Notes under the pieces: model-generated
What the model was told of the DNA's origin: nothing
What the model saw: only the letters and a program-made list of their open reading frames with translations
The model's database searches: none
Program-made: the position numbers and the translations under genes
NCBI GenBank assembly: GCA_963817575.1
Contig: CAWFOY010000009.1
Span: 10,780-74,779 of the forward strand
Origin: an uncultured Gemmatimonadales bacterium
GTDB taxonomy: Bacteria > Gemmatimonadota > Gemmatimonadetes > Gemmatimonadales > GWC2-71-9
DNA length: 64,000 nucleotides
Direction: 5' to 3'
Part shown: piece by piece, positions 60,601 to 64,000 of the stretch
How positions within the stretch are numbered: the stretch's first letter is position 1
Layout: each line of letters begins with the position of its first letter

Positions 60601-61627
60601 GGTGACCTCGCTTGGTGACCAGGCTTTCCAGGTCGTCGATGATCCGCGCGACGCGATATAGCGCCGCCTGTCCACGCAGGAACTCACGATGCGCCCGCGC
60701 CGGGGAGCCGCTGACATCGGTTTCCGGGGGCACGTCGCCGGTGACGCCCGCCTGTCCCCCGACCCTCGCCCGGTCGCCGATCTGTACGTGATCGCCCACG
60801 CCGACCTGGCCGGCGAGGATGACCCCGTCCCCCACCCGCACGCTGCCGGCGAGCCCCACACCCATCACCAGCAGGCACCCACGGCCGATACGGCAGTTGT
60901 GGGCGACGTGGACGAGATTGTCGATCTTGGTGCCGGCGCCGATCACGGTGTCGTCGATGCTGCCCCGATCCACGCAGGAATTGGAGCCGACCTGCACATC
61001 GTCCTCGAGGACGCAGCCTCCCACGTGCGGAATGGCGTTGAGGCCGTCCCGGTCCGGCAGAAATCCGAAACCGTCCGCACCGATCACCGCTCCCGCCTTG
61101 AGCCGGACGCGCCGGCCGAGCCGGGCCCTGCGATGGCAGACCGCGTGCGGGCCGATGTCGCTGTCGTCCCCGATGACCACCTCATCCTCGATGATGGCCC
61201 CGGGCCCGATGCGGCAGCGGGCGCCGAGCCGCACATTCCGTCCGACCACCGCGTGCGGGCCGATGCTCACGTCCCCGGCGAAGGTCGTTCCTTCTCCGAT
61301 TCGTGCGGTGGGATCGACTCCCCACGATACCGGAGGCTCCGGGAAAAGGCGCTCGACCACGAGCAGGATGGCCCGCCCCGGATCCCCGACCACGATCCGG
61401 GTGGACGGCCCTTCGGCCTCACCGGCGTGTTCCTCCCGGAGCAGGACCGCGCCGGCCCGCGACGCGCGGAACTGGCTCAGGTACCTCGCCGACGCGAGGA
61501 AGGACAAGGTCTCGGGTCCCGCGCGGTCGAGCGCGGCGACCCCACCAATCGAGGCCGCCCCTTGGCCAAGCAGGCGGCCGCCGACAAGGTCGGCGACCGC
61601 CTGCGCGGTAAGCGTGGCCGAAGTCAC
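60593..61627 (-). CDS. lpxD: UDP-3-O-acyl-glucosamine N-acyltransferase
   Basis: Hexapeptide repeats, IGADGFGF, DRG, KIDNLVHVAHN. Confidence 0.95.
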   Translation of the reverse strand: MTSATLTAQAVADLVGGRLLGQGAASIGGVAALDRAGPETLSFLASARYLSQFRASRAGAVLLREEHAGEAEGPSTRIVVGDPGRAILLVVERLFPEPPVSWGVDPTARIGEGTTFAGDVSIGPHAVVGRNVRLGARCRIGPGAIIEDEVVIGDDSDIGPHAVCHRRARLGRRVRLKAGAVIGADGFGFLPDRDGLNAIPHVGGCVLEDDVQVGSNSCVDRGSIDDTVIGAGTKIDNLVHVAHNCRIGRGCLLVMGVGLAGSVRVGDGVILAGQVGVGDHVQIGDRARVGGQAGVTGDVPPETDVSGSPARAHREFLRGQAALYRVARIIDDLESLVTKRGHRG

Positions 61628-61631
61628 GGCC

Positions 61632-62162
61632 TCAGCTGCCGCCGGCCTTCAGCGCGTCGATGACCCGTTGCGTCAGGTCCAGCGATCGGTCGGCCGCCAC
61701 GATGCCTGATCCCGGCGACCCCACGTCGAAAATGATCGCATAGCTGCCGGACGCCCGGATATTCTCGATCACCCCGTTGACCTTGGTCTGGATCGGTTCG
61801 AGGAGTTCCCGCTCGCGGCTCGAGGCCTTCTGCTGCAGCTCCTCCATCCGGCGCTCGAGGCTCTGCTGCTGGCCCTCCAGCTCCTTCCGCTTGGCGGCGC
61901 GCGCGGTCGGGCTGAGCACTACGGAGCTCTGCTCGAATGCCTGCGCCGCCGAGTCGAAGGAGGCCTGCAGCTTCTGCACTTCCACCCGGTAGCCGGCGAC
62001 CTCTGCGGTGTACAGCGACTCAGCCTTGGCGTAGCCCGGTGCGGCCTGTAGAATGGCCCGCGAATTGACGAATCCGATCTTGATCCCAGCCTGCGCCGCC
62101 ACCGAGCCGGCAGAGAGGCTGCCCAATAGAATCAGGACCAGAACCTTGACGAAACGCACCAT
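61632..62162 (-). CDS. skp: Periplasmic chaperone Skp/OmpH
   Basis: Signal peptide, KIGFVN, coiled coil, DLT..VI; between bamA and lpxD. Confidence 0.88.
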   Translation of the reverse strand: MVRFVKVLVLILLGSLSAGSVAAQAGIKIGFVNSRAILQAAPGYAKAESLYTAEVAGYRVEVQKLQASFDSAAQAFEQSSVVLSPTARAAKRKELEGQQQSLERRMEELQQKASSRERELLEPIQTKVNGVIENIRASGSYAIIFDVGSPGSGIVAADRSLDLTQRVIDALKAGGS

Positions 62163-62202
62163 TGCGAACTCCCGCTCCTTAAAAGGATCTCGGCCACGCC
62201 GA

Positions 62203-64000
62203 TTAGAAGAAGTTGCCCAGCTTGAAATGGAACTTCCAGCCGGGGTCGGGCCGGCCCAGGAAGTCGATCTTGTCGAATCCGTAGGCCAGGTCGATTCCAA
62301 TCGGTCCCAGGGGGGACACTAAAGCTACCCCGAAACCCGCCCCGCGGAACAGCCGGGTGGGGTCGAACTGATCCGGCGTCCGGTAAACGTTTCCTGCATC
62401 GAAGAACGTGTTCACGTACAGCGATTGGCTCATCCGGGCGCCGAATTCGACGGTGAACGAGGCGTACGACTGGCCGAACGCGTCGGGGCTGGCGGTTCCC
62501 CCGCTGGCCGCCGGGTCATATCCGTCCGGAGTGATCGAGAATTCCTCGTACCCGCGCAAGGGCAATCCGTACTGCACGCCGCCCATCGAATACAACTCGG
62601 TGAAGAACGGGCCGGCATCGCCGAAGATGAAACCGGTCTTCGTCGTGAGTCCGAGGACGAATTGGACGCCGCCACCGAGTTGCTGCTGGGCGCCCCCGCC
62701 CAGGGTGGCGACCGGCGCATACCAGCGGCCCTCGACGTCGACCTTCCGATAGTCGCCGTCGCCGCCGAGCGGGCCGCCGTTGAATTCGAGGCTGGTGTTC
62801 ACCTGGTGGCCACCGGTGGCGAACGGCAGTCCGACCCGGGTGTCGCGCACCACGCTGAACCCCAGCGAGGAGCGCGTGCAGGACTCGCAGCTGTAGCGCT
62901 CCCGCAGGTCCTCGGACCCGCCCTCGTAGCTGATCCGCTGATAGCCGTAAGATGTGAAGAGCCGGGTGTACCGGGCCCCGAGGAACGGAAACCCGAACTG
63001 CAGGCTCCCGCCTATCTGACGCCGCCGGCCGAGGTCGCCCACGACATAGCGCTGCCGCGAGTTGAACAGGGCGATGGTCCCTGAGATCCGGCTCGCCTGA
63101 ATCGACGGGTCGGTATAGGACAGGGTGAAGTCGTTGATGTTCCGGCCGAATTGCCACTGGAACTTGCCGCGCTTTCCCCGCCCGAAGAGATTCGGCTCCT
63201 CGAGCCCGATGAACCCGCCGAGGCCGGTGCCCTGCCCCAGCGACGCCCCGAAATTGATGTTGCCGGTGCGCTTTTCCGCGACGCGGAAGGTGATGTCCAC
63301 GTCCACGTTGTTGGCGGTGGGGTCGACATCGGGCGGCGGCAATGGTTGTTCGAAGAATCCCAGGTTCGAGATGTTCTGGTAGGAGCGGATCAGGAGGTCG
63401 CGATTGAACACCGCGCCTGGCAGCAGCACAATCGCGTCGCGGATCACGCGCTCGTGCGTGACATCGTTGCCGACGATCATGATGCGGTTGATGGTCGCGA
63501 CCTGCCCCTCGTCAATCCGCCACTGCAGGTCCACGATGGGCGTGCCGTCGGGCGCCATCCGGCGGCTCTGCTCCGGCTCGATCCGCGCGTAGATGTAACC
63601 ATTGTTCGCGTACAGGGTCTGCAGCCGCTCGGTGGCGGCTTCCCAGGCGGCCTGGTTGAAGGGCCGGGGGGTGATGGGGCCCGTGGCCGAGACGGCGAGG
63701 ACGCCGCCGAACGGGTAGAACTGCGCGATCTCCTCGGTGGAGAACCGTCGGTTCCCCACGATATTGAGTGTACCGACCTGGTGGATTCTGCCCTCGTCCA
63801 CCGTGAGCGCCAGCGTGGCCTTGCCACCCGCGCTGTCGGCGATGAGGGTGTCGCGGAGAACCTGGAAGTCGATCAGTCCCTTGGCGCCATACCAGCCCGG
63901 GAGGCGCTCCCGCAGGTCCTGGTCGAGGCGGGAATCGTCGTACTCACCCTTCTGGAACCACCAGAAGCCCTCGGGCTTCGTCTTCATGTGGTCGGCCAGC
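62203..64000 (-). CDS. bamA: Outer membrane protein assembly factor BamA (5' end outside window)
   Basis: POTRA motifs (I.GN..T...VIR), NLFGRG, LRGY, SPLGPI..D.AYG, terminal Phe. Confidence 0.95.
   Translation of the reverse strand, partial: LADHMKTKPEGFWWFQKGEYDDSRLDQDLRERLPGWYGAKGLIDFQVLRDTLIADSAGGKATLALTVDEGRIHQVGTLNIVGNRRFSTEEIAQFYPFGGVLAVSATGPITPRPFNQAAWEAATERLQTLYANNGYIYARIEPEQSRRMAPDGTPIVDLQWRIDEGQVATINRIMIVGNDVTHERVIRDAIVLLPGAVFNRDLLIRSYQNISNLGFFEQPLPPPDVDPTANNVDVDITFRVAEKRTGNINFGASLGQGTGLGGFIGLEEPNLFGRGKRGKFQWQFGRNINDFTLSYTDPSIQASRISGTIALFNSRQRYVVGDLGRRRQIGGSLQFGFPFLGARYTRLFTSYGYQRISYEGGSEDLRERYSCESCTRSSLGFSVVRDTRVGLPFATGGHQVNTSLEFNGGPLGGDGDYRKVDVEGRWYAPVATLGGGAQQQLGGGVQFVLGLTTKTGFIFGDAGPFFTELYSMGGVQYGLPLRGYEEFSITPDGYDPAASGGTASPDAFGQSYASFTVEFGARMSQSLYVNTFFDAGNVYRTPDQFDPTRLFRGAGFGVALVSPLGPIGIDLAYGFDKIDFLGRPDPGWKFHFKLGNFF

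Overview
High-GC window from a diderm bacterium. Gene content (lpxC-fabZ fusion, bshC, Ig/TolB lipoproteins) suggests Gemmatimonadota; this is inferred. The window appears to span the replication terminus: a XerCD dif site at 15537-15564 lies where the + strand genes converge with the - strand genes. Left arm (+): pyrG, kdsA, kdsC, kdsD, lptC, lptA-like, lptB, rpoN, glycosyltransferases, YfhO-like, polyprenol-P-mannose synthase, dapF. Right arm (-): bamA, skp, lpxD, lpxC/fabZ, lpxA, gnnA-like, lpxB, lpxJ-like, lpxK, gdhA, rlmH, a methyltransferase, bshC, murJ, uvrC, thrC, larC, tRNA-Gly, der, plsY, gpsA, surE, pcm, dedA, acyP, apt, tRNA-Arg. Two accessory islets interrupt the right arm. Islet 1 (16.6-30.2 kb) encodes an ECF sigma, a Zn-finger anti-sigma, a TPR-CHAT protein whose catalytic His is replaced by Tyr, and four paralogous modular lipoproteins plus a remnant of a fifth. 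Islet 2 (37.9-42.9 kb) encodes an L,D-transpeptidase, an arylsulfotransferase-like lipoprotein and a 7-repeat Ig-like lipoprotein. A motif GAGCA-N16-CCGT-N3-ACG sits 20-44 nt upstream of four genes across both islets and is a candidate promoter for this ECF sigma. Several single-base frameshifts (dapF, uvrC, one lipoprotein) probably reflect sequencing error.
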